Shown piece by piece: positions 38,776-46,938 of a DNA stretch of 64,000 bases. A model generated the notes under the pieces. That model did no database searches, was not told the DNA's origin, and saw only the letters and a program-made list of their open reading frames with translations. The position numbers were made by a program, and so were the translations under genes. This stretch comes from a virus (taxonomy: Duplodnaviria; Caudoviricetes): IMG/VR virus record IMGVR_UViG_3300033463_000004, positions 198,695 through 262,694 of that record. One strand, 5' to 3'. Position 1 is the first letter of the stretch; every line of letters begins with the position of its first letter.

Positions 38776-39708
38776 ATGGATACAGCATTGGCAGAATTCA
38801 AAAGACAATTATTGGATACTGGGTTATTCATGAAAGTATCTACGAAAGGACAATACAGATGTAAGACATGTCCTTTTTGTGGTGATACAGGAAAACACAT
38901 GTATGTGAAAATCGATCAAGATTCAGATATGCCCGTTGTGTATTATTGCCAAAAATGTAATGCGCATGGATTGATGAAACAGGATTGGTTAGATTATTTT
39001 GGCATTGACGACATCAAGATTCCAAAAATAAAAGGAAATCGTAAAATACAATCCCAAGGTGTTGGTGAACAGATTGTTGAATTAATTGATTTTGAAAAAG
39101 ATTCACAAATGATTCAAACATGCAAAGATTATATTCAACAACGTGTAGGAATTATTCCGAGTAATGAAGATTTAAAATCATTTCGGTGTATCGGTAATGT
39201 ATTTGATTATGTCAATGCATATCTTGGTGGAGAACCGCGTGGTTTAAAGAACCGGATATGGTTTTGTTTGCATAATGGTAATATTGCGGGACGGCGAACT
39301 GATGATGTTGATTCATTCCGATGGGTAAAACGAAATCGAAATAATGACAATAAAAGTGGTGGTATATATGTTATCAAACGTCCAATTGATACAATGGATA
39401 CAATCAATGTATGTATATGCGAAGGCATCATGGATGCAATTGGATTGTTTTATCATGCTAGAGTAAAGAATGCAGTATTCATTGCATGTCTCGGACGCGA
39501 TTATCAATTGGGAATTAAATATGTAATTGATTCCGGAATCTTCGGTGAGAGTGTTAATATTCGTATCTATAAAGATGCGGATGTTAATGAAGTATTTATT
39601 GACCGCATATACAAGAAAATATTCAAATCAATTTCTGTTTATAAAAACGCCATTGGAAAAGATTATGGCGTTCTTGCAGAACAGATTGAAATTGAAAAGA
39701 GTATATGA
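38776..39708 (+). CDS. DNA primase (Zn finger + TOPRIM)
   Basis: CPFCGD..H..YCQKC; ICEGIMDA; YKDAD; KDYG. Confidence 0.85.
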   Translation: MDTALAEFKRQLLDTGLFMKVSTKGQYRCKTCPFCGDTGKHMYVKIDQDSDMPVVYYCQKCNAHGLMKQDWLDYFGIDDIKIPKIKGNRKIQSQGVGEQIVELIDFEKDSQMIQTCKDYIQQRVGIIPSNEDLKSFRCIGNVFDYVNAYLGGEPRGLKNRIWFCLHNGNIAGRRTDDVDSFRWVKRNRNNDNKSGGIYVIKRPIDTMDTINVCICEGIMDAIGLFYHARVKNAVFIACLGRDYQLGIKYVIDSGIFGESVNIRIYKDADVNEVFIDRIYKKIFKSISVYKNAIGKDYGVLAEQIEIEKSI

Positions 39709-39738
39709 TGGGGCGCATATGCGCCCCATTTTATTCTC

Positions 39739-39757
39739 TTTTCATATGTATATTATT
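39739..39757 (+). promoter_or_regulatory. putative phage promoter motif
   Basis: TTTTCATATGTATATTATT. Confidence 0.6.
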
Positions 39758-39800
39758 TAATTGAACAATCTTCTGGTATATTATAAAGGAGGAATTTAAA

Positions 39801-40925
39801 GTGAGACCAGAAAAAGACTTATACTATTTAAAATTGGCATTGGATGCCGCGTCACGTTCAACATGTTTGAAACGAAACTATGGTGCGGTTATTGTAAAAG
39901 ATGACCACATTGTTTCAACCGGATACAATGGTGCACCAAGAGGTCGAGTCAATTGCTCTGACATTGGTTGTCCCCGTATGAATGTTGCACACAACACGGA
40001 ATATTCAACGTGTCGTTCTGTACATGCAGAAGCAAATGCAATCATACATGCAAATTATTCGGACATGATTGGTTCAACCTTATATTTATCAGGTTCTGAT
40101 TGTATGAAAGAAAATCAGACAATCAAAGATGCTGAACCGTGTCCAATGTGTAAACGCATGATTATCAATGCTCAAATTGATCGTGTTGTTGTATACGACG
40201 AACTGATGAAACCAAAAATACATTATGTGAAAGATTGGGTTCTTCCATGTAATGATGATTCTATTCAAAAGAAAGAATCAAAACCGGTAAAAGAAGAACT
40301 CAAACCCGAAACTACTGCAGAAAAGTTTTTAAAGTGGACAGATTCAATTACACCATCTAGCACGTTGGATGCAATGATACACCAGACTGAATTCTTGGTA
40401 AAAACATACATACCAGAATCTATGGCAATTAAAATCGATAATGATACAATGTTACTTTTATATTGCATTTATCGTGACACAGTTCGAAGATTTTGCATAA
40501 TTCATAATCTTCCAACGGTTCTTGTTGAAGTAATTGTCGCATTTTATGCAAGTTTTGCATCAAGATGTGATGTGACTGATGCTTGTATCCACAACTTCTA
40601 CATGATAGCATTTCATGATAAATGTACATATAAAAAATTCTGCTATTGTATGCACAGAATTACAATTGAAAAAGATTCAATGAATCATGCGAATTTCATA
40701 TATAGTGGAGAAACAGAAATTTCTCCTGATACAAAAATCACAATTGGATCAAGTAATTATCATGAGCTGATTCCGGCAATTCGTATCCATCGTGGTTGTA
40801 TTGCTGCGGGAATATGCGGTGAATTAGAATCGCCATCATACAAAATGATGAAATACCTTGAAGATTATGACGCATTCCATCCTTATACACCATATAAAGA
40901 TGACATTGACATACGGTCATTCTGA
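39801..40925 (+). CDS. dCMP deaminase with C-terminal extension
   Basis: RSTC, STGYNG, HAEANA, PCPMC. Confidence 0.9.
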   Translation: MRPEKDLYYLKLALDAASRSTCLKRNYGAVIVKDDHIVSTGYNGAPRGRVNCSDIGCPRMNVAHNTEYSTCRSVHAEANAIIHANYSDMIGSTLYLSGSDCMKENQTIKDAEPCPMCKRMIINAQIDRVVVYDELMKPKIHYVKDWVLPCNDDSIQKKESKPVKEELKPETTAEKFLKWTDSITPSSTLDAMIHQTEFLVKTYIPESMAIKIDNDTMLLLYCIYRDTVRRFCIIHNLPTVLVEVIVAFYASFASRCDVTDACIHNFYMIAFHDKCTYKKFCYCMHRITIEKDSMNHANFIYSGETEISPDTKITIGSSNYHELIPAIRIHRGCIAAGICGELESPSYKMMKYLEDYDAFHPYTPYKDDIDIRSF

Positions 40926-41513
40926 TGTAATTGTACGGCGAGGTTCTGTGAAGCCGAGCTCTGTACCGTAATGTGAATGTAAAGTACAATGTTGTTTAGT
41001 CCTGTATTGGTGAAGTCTGGTCACGTGATATGTCGTCATCTGTTGTGTTGTAAAGGTAGAGTATAGTGACGTTTGGTCAAGTGGCGTAAAGGTGAAGTTA
41101 TGCCTAGTAACGTATTGTAACGGTGGTGTACCGTGTCGTCGCGTTGAGTAATTGTGGATGTTTTGTATAGTATTTGTAGAGTATTGTGTAGTGATGTTCT
41201 GTATAGGCACAGTGTCGTGTCGTCTTGTTCAGTTGTGTGTACTGTGCTGTTAGGTTCAGTACTGTCTCGTTTTGGTACGGTGCGGTACGGTGGTGTCAAG
41301 TTCTGTAGATGTATCGTTTCGTATCGTGATGTGAAGCCTAGTAAAGGCGAAGCGTGGTTCAGAAAGGTAAAGTGACGTTTTATCAAGTAGAGTGTAAGGT
41401 AATGCGGGATATCGTTATGTGACGTATCGTAAAGTATTGGCAACGTGTAGTTGCGTTTTGTTTGGTGGAGTCACGTATATGCACAGTTTGGTTTTGTCCG
41501 ATATAGTATAGCA
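40926..41513 (+). repeat. NGY-NN pentamer array A (candidate guide-RNA array)
   Basis: 5-nt periodic GT/GC, e.g. AGT GT CGT GT CGT CT TGT TC AGT TG TGT; ends at terminator. Confidence 0.85.
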
Positions 41514-41515
41514 TT

Positions 41516-41553
41516 AAAAAAAAAGAGGGAGGTTCGCCTCCCTCTTTTTTTTT
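41516..41553 (+). terminator. intrinsic terminator after array A
   Basis: AAGAGGGAGG-TTCG-CCTCCCTCTT followed by T run. Confidence 0.9.
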
Positions 41554-41557
41554 GTAT

Positions 41558-41576
41558 TTTTCATATATATATCATT
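41558..41576 (+). promoter_or_regulatory. putative phage promoter motif
   Basis: TTTTCATATATATATCATT. Confidence 0.65.
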
Positions 41577-41640
41577 TTAATGTAAATGGATGATGTCATC
41601 CAAACAAATCCAAAATATTTATGAAAGTGAGGAATTAAAA

Positions 41641-42948
41641 ATGAAATTATCAGAAAGGATTTCTGCAATTATTGCTGTTGCAGAACTGCACGCGCAGGAG
41701 AATATTATCTTGGCTGATTGGTACGAAAGTACCGCAAAAGCGGCCAAAGATATCAACACGGAAGTCGGAAACAAAATTTCCGAGTTCGAGAATATTGCGC
41801 TCGCTTTGACCGCACTTGACCCGAAGGTTGCTGTCATCGATAGTAGTATTATAGAGGGAGGTACCGAAGCTCTTTATAATGCGATTAAATTATATGATTA
41901 CTCAAATACAATATATGGCGGAGTAATCAAAGCGTCTGTTGACGCTCTTGTAACGATCGGCGAACAGCTGGTTGCAGCTGTACGAAACATCGCGATTCTG
42001 GAATACGCGATGAATCTTCGCAATGATAGCTCAGATGTTGCGCTGACAATTGAGAAACCGGAATCTTTTAAAACAGATGAACCTGAAATTATTGAACCTG
42101 AATCAGAACCGGAACCGGAATCTTCTGAAACATCTGAAACAGAAGAACCTGTCATTTCATCTCTTCGTGAAGATCCGAAGGAAACGGAACCGATCGAAAA
42201 TGAACCGATGTTGTTTGGTATTCCGGTTAGTCAGCTGGCTACAACGGAAACTGAACAAGAAAAAATCCGGCGAATCACCGAAGAACCTGTTGTGGAAAAA
42301 CCTGTAATGCCGAATAAGGCACAGAACCCGCAGGATAATCCGAAAGGATTCATACCAATTGTCATTCCAGGATATCCGGAAGATAAGTTCTGTCTGTCGC
42401 CAGAAAATGCGATCGTGGATAGAAACCATGGTCGTATGTACCGTGCCAATTACAAAAAGCATGGTAAATATTATTTTAGATTGAAAGCGCCAGATGGAAA
42501 ATCCGATGTTTTCTTTGAACTCGAGGAGATTATTAATCTCACTCGGAATACTGTAGAAACCGCAGAAACCGTCGACGACAAACCCGTCGTAGACGATGAT
42601 AAACCAGATGATCCATATGTATGGGTCGACTGGTTCGACGGTATCCCGAAGAGAAAATATAAAGTTTTCAAATCGGGTAAAGTGTACGATTGTGTACACC
42701 AAATTTATCTGCCGTATGACAAGAAGTACGAAACTGTACGACTTTCATCCGGCGATATAGAATCTCGATCGGTCGGAACAAGATCGACTGTCAAAGCGCT
42801 GAAACGTCAGTCGCTTGTTTGGCAGGCTTTCCATCCCGATTACAGATGTGGAGATGGACGCAAGAAAGTCTATATCTCTTTCAAAGATGATAATAGACAG
42901 AATTGTGCACTCGAAAATCTGTACGTCGGTGTATCTGCACCCGATTGA
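41641..42948 (+). CDS. protein with C-terminal degenerate NUMOD4/HNH-like domain
   Basis: YKVFKSGKV...LVWQAF...FKDDNRQNCALENL; acidic linker. Confidence 0.6.
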   Translation: MKLSERISAIIAVAELHAQENIILADWYESTAKAAKDINTEVGNKISEFENIALALTALDPKVAVIDSSIIEGGTEALYNAIKLYDYSNTIYGGVIKASVDALVTIGEQLVAAVRNIAILEYAMNLRNDSSDVALTIEKPESFKTDEPEIIEPESEPEPESSETSETEEPVISSLREDPKETEPIENEPMLFGIPVSQLATTETEQEKIRRITEEPVVEKPVMPNKAQNPQDNPKGFIPIVIPGYPEDKFCLSPENAIVDRNHGRMYRANYKKHGKYYFRLKAPDGKSDVFFELEEIINLTRNTVETAETVDDKPVVDDDKPDDPYVWVDWFDGIPKRKYKVFKSGKVYDCVHQIYLPYDKKYETVRLSSGDIESRSVGTRSTVKALKRQSLVWQAFHPDYRCGDGRKKVYISFKDDNRQNCALENLYVGVSAPD

Positions 42949-43015
42949 TTAACAAATATCGCACGGGTATCTCACTCATACCCGTGCGATAATAAATAAA
43001 AAGGAGGCATAAAAG

Positions 43016-43969
43016 ATGGACAATCTTATTATGCGGAAATTAGAGGATATTGAATCCTTAAAACAAGAAATCATTCATGAAATTCGGAAATTGGACGATT
43101 TCGTGGATGTATTTCAAAACGAAATAAAAATAGTTCCATGCATCTTGTACAGAGAAGGTATGGAATTGAGAGATGGGACAACATCTCTCAAACATTTCGT
43201 GGAAGGACATTCTGCATTAACAAAACAATTGGAACCCGAACGAAAAGCTGCAGCTGCGGTCACATACTGTGGTCAAGCAGTTGTCGGTTATACCCGTGCA
43301 AAAGAACTTGCATGTTTTACGGATGATGCAAGTTCTGAACTACAACGGTTATACAACATCGCTGACAAAGATTGCCAAGATGATGTTGTATTCATCGTGG
43401 TATATCAAGCAAAAACTATAAACTGCGGTTTGATCTCGTATATCAAACCACATATTTTCGTTCTTGATTTGTATGATGAAGTTGCATACAAGCGGCTCGC
43501 ATACAATAAAGAGAAGATGGAATTCTTCATTGAATCTGATGGGGATTATTCCATTCGGAAATATCAATTGGCTGACATTTCCGATATGTTGACCGTCGGT
43601 GTTGAAATCTGGATCAATCCTGCACATAAAGACGAAGATGCAGCTAATGTACATATTGACAGAGCTTTTCAAAGTCGAATTCATTATACAGGATTCGACA
43701 ATCTTGATCAGTACACACTACATTTACTGACCGAGAAAACTGCAGAGCATGCATTGGAAGTTTACTCTAAACTTCCAAAAGAAAGAATTCGTGTATGCAA
43801 ACTTTGTGGAAAGCATTTTGTAATGGCAGATTCTGAAATCGGATGGTTTGAAATGAAAAATTTCAAACTGCCCATAAAATGTCGTGCATGTCGCGAAACA
43901 TCAAAACGTGTCCGGCAATCCAGTATTCAACATTGGGATGACGATCCCGATGGTGGATATTGGTTATAA
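43016..43969 (+). CDS. protein with C-terminal zinc ribbon
   Basis: CKLCGKHF...E..WF......P.KCRACR. Confidence 0.7.
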   Translation: MDNLIMRKLEDIESLKQEIIHEIRKLDDFVDVFQNEIKIVPCILYREGMELRDGTTSLKHFVEGHSALTKQLEPERKAAAAVTYCGQAVVGYTRAKELACFTDDASSELQRLYNIADKDCQDDVVFIVVYQAKTINCGLISYIKPHIFVLDLYDEVAYKRLAYNKEKMEFFIESDGDYSIRKYQLADISDMLTVGVEIWINPAHKDEDAANVHIDRAFQSRIHYTGFDNLDQYTLHLLTEKTAEHALEVYSKLPKERIRVCKLCGKHFVMADSEIGWFEMKNFKLPIKCRACRETSKRVRQSSIQHWDDDPDGGYWL

Positions 43970-44009
43970 TAATATCTCACGTATCTATACACATATAGAT
44001 ACGTGAAAT

Positions 44010-44093
44010 GCTGGTATGATGGAATTGGCAGACGTGACGGACTCAAAATCCGTTGGTAGCGATACCGTGTGGGTTCAAGTCCCACTACCAGCA
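44010..44093 (+). tRNA. tRNA-Leu(CAA)
   Basis: cloverleaf, ACGGA-CT CAA AA-TCCGT, long variable arm. Confidence 0.92.
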
Positions 44094-44200
44094 CTCGGCG
44101 CAAGAGATGAGAGGTTCCAGCACCTCTTCGCGGTCCCTCAATGAAACTGCGTAGTTTAAGGGAAAAACCCTTGCGTTGATTCAAGGCGATGCATCGCCTC

Positions 44201-44286
44201 GGATATGTGTAGCTGAACAGGTGAAAGCACCGACTCAAGGGACGCCCTTGAGTCGGTGGTGCGGGTTCGACTCCCGTCACATATCT
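44201..44286 (+). ncRNA. tRNA-like RNA with 12-bp anticodon-arm hairpin
   Basis: acceptor, D and T arms intact; CCGACTCAAGGG-ACG-CCCTTGAGTCGG. Confidence 0.75.
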
Positions 44287-44318
44287 TCAAATATTCTTAT
44301 TGTAAAGGAGATGATGGT

Positions 44319-44654
44319 ATGTCAAAAACATCTGACGATTATCGGAAATTCCGCCAGATTCACTTCCATATGTATTGGGAGGCGAGGAGCAGAACCATTC
44401 AAGAACCTGACAATATCGACATGACGATTTTGTATGATCTGAAACCCGAGGATCTTCTGGTTGTATATGTTGATACAAGAGACGATGGTGTTCCTGGGTT
44501 AACAACAGATGTTATCCGCGAAGTTATACACCAACTCAGAGAGAAGTACAAATGCAAAGTAGTCGCATTACCGTATGCGACGAAGATTTTTCAAGAAGAC
44601 AAAGAGACATTCAAGAAGCGACTTCAAGAGATTATTAAATATCTCGACGAGTAA
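44319..44654 (+). CDS. hypothetical protein
   Basis: ATG after AAGGAG. Confidence 0.65.
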   Translation: MSKTSDDYRKFRQIHFHMYWEARSRTIQEPDNIDMTILYDLKPEDLLVVYVDTRDDGVPGLTTDVIREVIHQLREKYKCKVVALPYATKIFQEDKETFKKRLQEIIKYLDE

Positions 44655-44815
44655 TAACATTAAATTGAGAGCGGTTGGCGAAAGCGCGAATCGTGATTTT
44701 ATATCGTGATCGAAACTAACTGGTTGGGGAGTATCGACTGCCATGCATTGATCCAACTAGAAAAGATGGATTGTCCGATTCTAGATCCTAAGTAAATCAT
44801 GTTATAACGTCGACG

Positions 44816-44954
44816 TTATCTGTATGCAAGAGGTCAAAAGCAGTCTACTTTCAGTAAGTAGAGAAGACTCTCCACCCAGAATACTCTGCAGGGTATTGGG
44901 TTAAAACTCGCAATCGCGAGGGGGAGTACGGGGGTTCGAATCCCCCCAGATAAT
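44816..44954 (+). ncRNA. tRNA-like RNA with ~70-nt branched variable-arm insertion
   Basis: TTATCTG/CAGATAA acceptor, GGGGG-TTCGAAT-CCCCC T arm. Confidence 0.7.
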
Positions 44955-44975
44955 GTTTGCTCAATTCTTATAGAT

Positions 44976-45050
44976 CGGGGTGTAGTGTAGTCTGGCTAAC
45001 ACGTCTGTTTTGGGAACAGATGATCGCAGGTTCGAATCCTGTCACTCCGA
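44976..45050 (+). tRNA. tRNA-Pro(TGG)
   Basis: TCTGT-TT TGG GA-ACAGA. Confidence 0.92.
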
Positions 45051-45056
45051 TTCAAA

Positions 45057-45645
45057 TCTTTTCGATATATCGTAATCACGGTCGACATTGGCGTTATGCA
45101 GATGGATGGCGAGAGGTACAAGGTAATCGTTGCAGTGCAAAAGGATAAGAATAATCAAACAAGATGCAATCCTAGTATCGGACGAGTACGACACCTTGTA
45201 TGTGTGATGGCGATAGTAAGAGGCGCCTGGTCGAAATTAGCCTATAAGCGACTATGTTAGTCACGGAAGACACCGTTGTCATTTTGCTTGTTTAGTGACG
45301 ATGGTGAGATCACCGTGCAGCGAAATGGATGATACGACCATCTCCCGAGTAGTGGCGAGCGAAAGGGATCAACAATAGCATCTGGGGCTTCTGGCCGAAC
45401 ACGGATGTGTGCGTTGATTAAAAAGCACCCTGTAAACGGGTATACACAGTTACAATAGTATATCGGAAAGATGAGACGAAGACTGTGAATTGTTTTAGAC
45501 CTCCTAACGGGCGTGGGACATACGGTGTCACCGAAACGATTTATGAGTCTAGGACTATTGATGAGTGGGAAGTACCGGGCACTAGCAAACCGGCATACCG
45601 GATATGGACATCCGGTGTACGTAATTGTCTGAGACACAATATACA
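45057..45645 (+). ncRNA. putative large structured ncRNA
   Basis: no credible ORF; long-range stem 45057-45069/45459-45471 and many hairpins. Confidence 0.55.
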
Positions 45646-45652
45646 ATAGTTT

Positions 45653-45726
45653 GGGGCTGAAATCTGGGTGGCACGGCGCCGTGCGCACGCTCGTCGTTGC
45701 AGTGGGTTCGAATCCCACACAGTCCT
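45653..45726 (+). pseudogene. degenerate tRNA-like element
   Basis: GGGCTG/CAGTCC acceptor and GTGGG-TTCGAAT-CCCAC T arm; no clear D or anticodon arm. Confidence 0.5.
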
Positions 45727-45729
45727 TCT

Positions 45730-45800
45730 GACTCGATAGCCAAGTGGTAAGGCATCCGGTTGCAACCCGGAGACCGGTGGTTCAAATCCATCTCGAGTCT
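45730..45800 (+). tRNA. tRNA-Cys(GCA)
   Basis: TCCGG-TT GCA AC-CCGGA. Confidence 0.92.
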
Positions 45801-45988
45801 TCATCGTCAAGATAAGTGTGTCAGGTGAATGGAGTGAGTGCCGTCAGGGTTATGAGCGGAACTTCCTTAGGAATCTCATAATGTTACGCGGTTCCGTTAG
45901 CTGCAGATAAACGGGTAGACTGCACTGATTTGTGGATGGTTAAACAATTCTGTACTGCCGCAGTGATGCAAACTGTTTTGACGATTAT

Positions 45989-46143
45989 GATCTGCTTAGT
46001 TCAGTTGGTCATGAACACACTCGAGGACGAGGTCGTCGGTTCAAGTCCGGCACATGGTATTAGGATCCAATACCATTGTTAGCGCAGATGGTAAGCGCGC
46101 GTTGAGTGAGTGAGGTCGGAGGTTCGAGTCCTTCAGCAGGTCT
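45989..46143 (+). ncRNA. double-tRNA-like RNA (tRNA body with permuted tRNA body in place of anticodon loop)
   Basis: two D arms, two T arms, two acceptor-like stems, no anticodon loop. Confidence 0.75.
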
Positions 46144-46150
46144 TTCAAAC

Positions 46151-46223
46151 GATTCATTAGCTCAGTAGGTAGAGCATCTCCCTTTTAAGGAGAGGGTCCA
46201 GGGTTCAAATCCCTGATGGATCA
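46151..46223 (+). tRNA. tRNA-Lys(TTT)
   Basis: TCTCC-CT TTT AA-GGAGA. Confidence 0.93.
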
Positions 46224-46626
46224 TCTAATGCAGAATCATGTTAGTTTAAATGGTGATAAAAAACGGTTCATGTTGACGGTACTGCAGGACCTGAATGAAT
46301 CATATGCGGATCGTTGAAAGAGTCGATGTAAACAATCGCATACATGATGAAGCATTATGACAGGAAAGCGCCCTAACGTTTTCCTGAGATACGATTTGTC
46401 GATCATAGTTCAAATAAAGAACACTCATATACCAGTATCCGGATGCTGATGTGTGAGGGATCCTACAGCTGCACAAGACATGTTGTATTCAGTTGGTGTT
46501 TATAGTAGACTGGTGCCCCGCTTTCGGCGGATCTGACCGATTACGGTGCAGGCCTCCGCATATATGGAGGAGTTGCTATGAACGGGTGATTGACAAATTG
46601 TGTCTAAATCTCTGTCAATTTTGTAT

Positions 46627-46708
46627 GCTGCTGTGGCGGAATTGGCAGACGCGTTGGATTTAGGTTCCAATGTCTTCGGGCATGCAGGTTCGATTCCTGT
46701 CAGCAGCA
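46627..46708 (+). tRNA. tRNA-Leu(TAG)
   Basis: TTGGA-TT TAG GT-TCCAA. Confidence 0.92.
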
Positions 46709-46713
46709 TTTAT

Positions 46714-46786
46714 TCCCGCTTAGCTCAGTCGGTAGAGCAAATGACTGTTAATCATTGGGTCGTAGGTTCAAGTCCTACAGCGGGAG
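46714..46786 (+). tRNA. tRNA-Asn(GTT)
   Basis: AATGA-CT GTT AA-TCATT. Confidence 0.93.
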
Positions 46787-46802
46787 CTAATAAAACATAT
46801 GG

Positions 46803-46843
46803 GATGGGGCGCTTCGGCGCCCCTTATCATTCTTTTTTTTTTT
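46803..46843 (+). terminator. intrinsic terminator of tRNA cluster
   Basis: GGGGCGC-TTCG-GCGCCCC followed by T run. Confidence 0.85.
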
Positions 46844-46845
46844 GA

Positions 46846-46863
46846 TTTCATATGTATATAATT
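46846..46863 (+). promoter_or_regulatory. putative phage promoter motif
   Basis: TTTCATATGTATATAATT. Confidence 0.55.
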
Positions 46864-46938
46864 AATACGAACAAGAAGTGAATCTTGTTCCTTGAAATTT
46901 TACATCTCGAAAGAGATAAAAGAGGAGGAAAACAAAAA

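Noticed and set aside
41065-41390. Self-targeting of the GATTTTCA promoter region by decoded GA-TT-CA dinucleotides
   Set aside because: Only 3-4 dinucleotides match in an AT-rich genome; not significant without a computed search
40917-41443. ORFs over array A (40917-41210, 41036-41443, 41154-41375)
   Set aside because: Low-complexity T/H/Y/R or V/C translations produced by the pentamer periodicity; no RBS
44845-44863. tRNA-Sec (TCA in loop)
   Set aside because: TCA not centred in a 7-nt loop; acceptor and D arms lack Sec geometry
43927-46845. ORFs overlapping tRNA cluster 1 (e.g. 43927-44280, 45257-45718, 46600-46845)
   Set aside because: Shadows of tRNA/ncRNA genes
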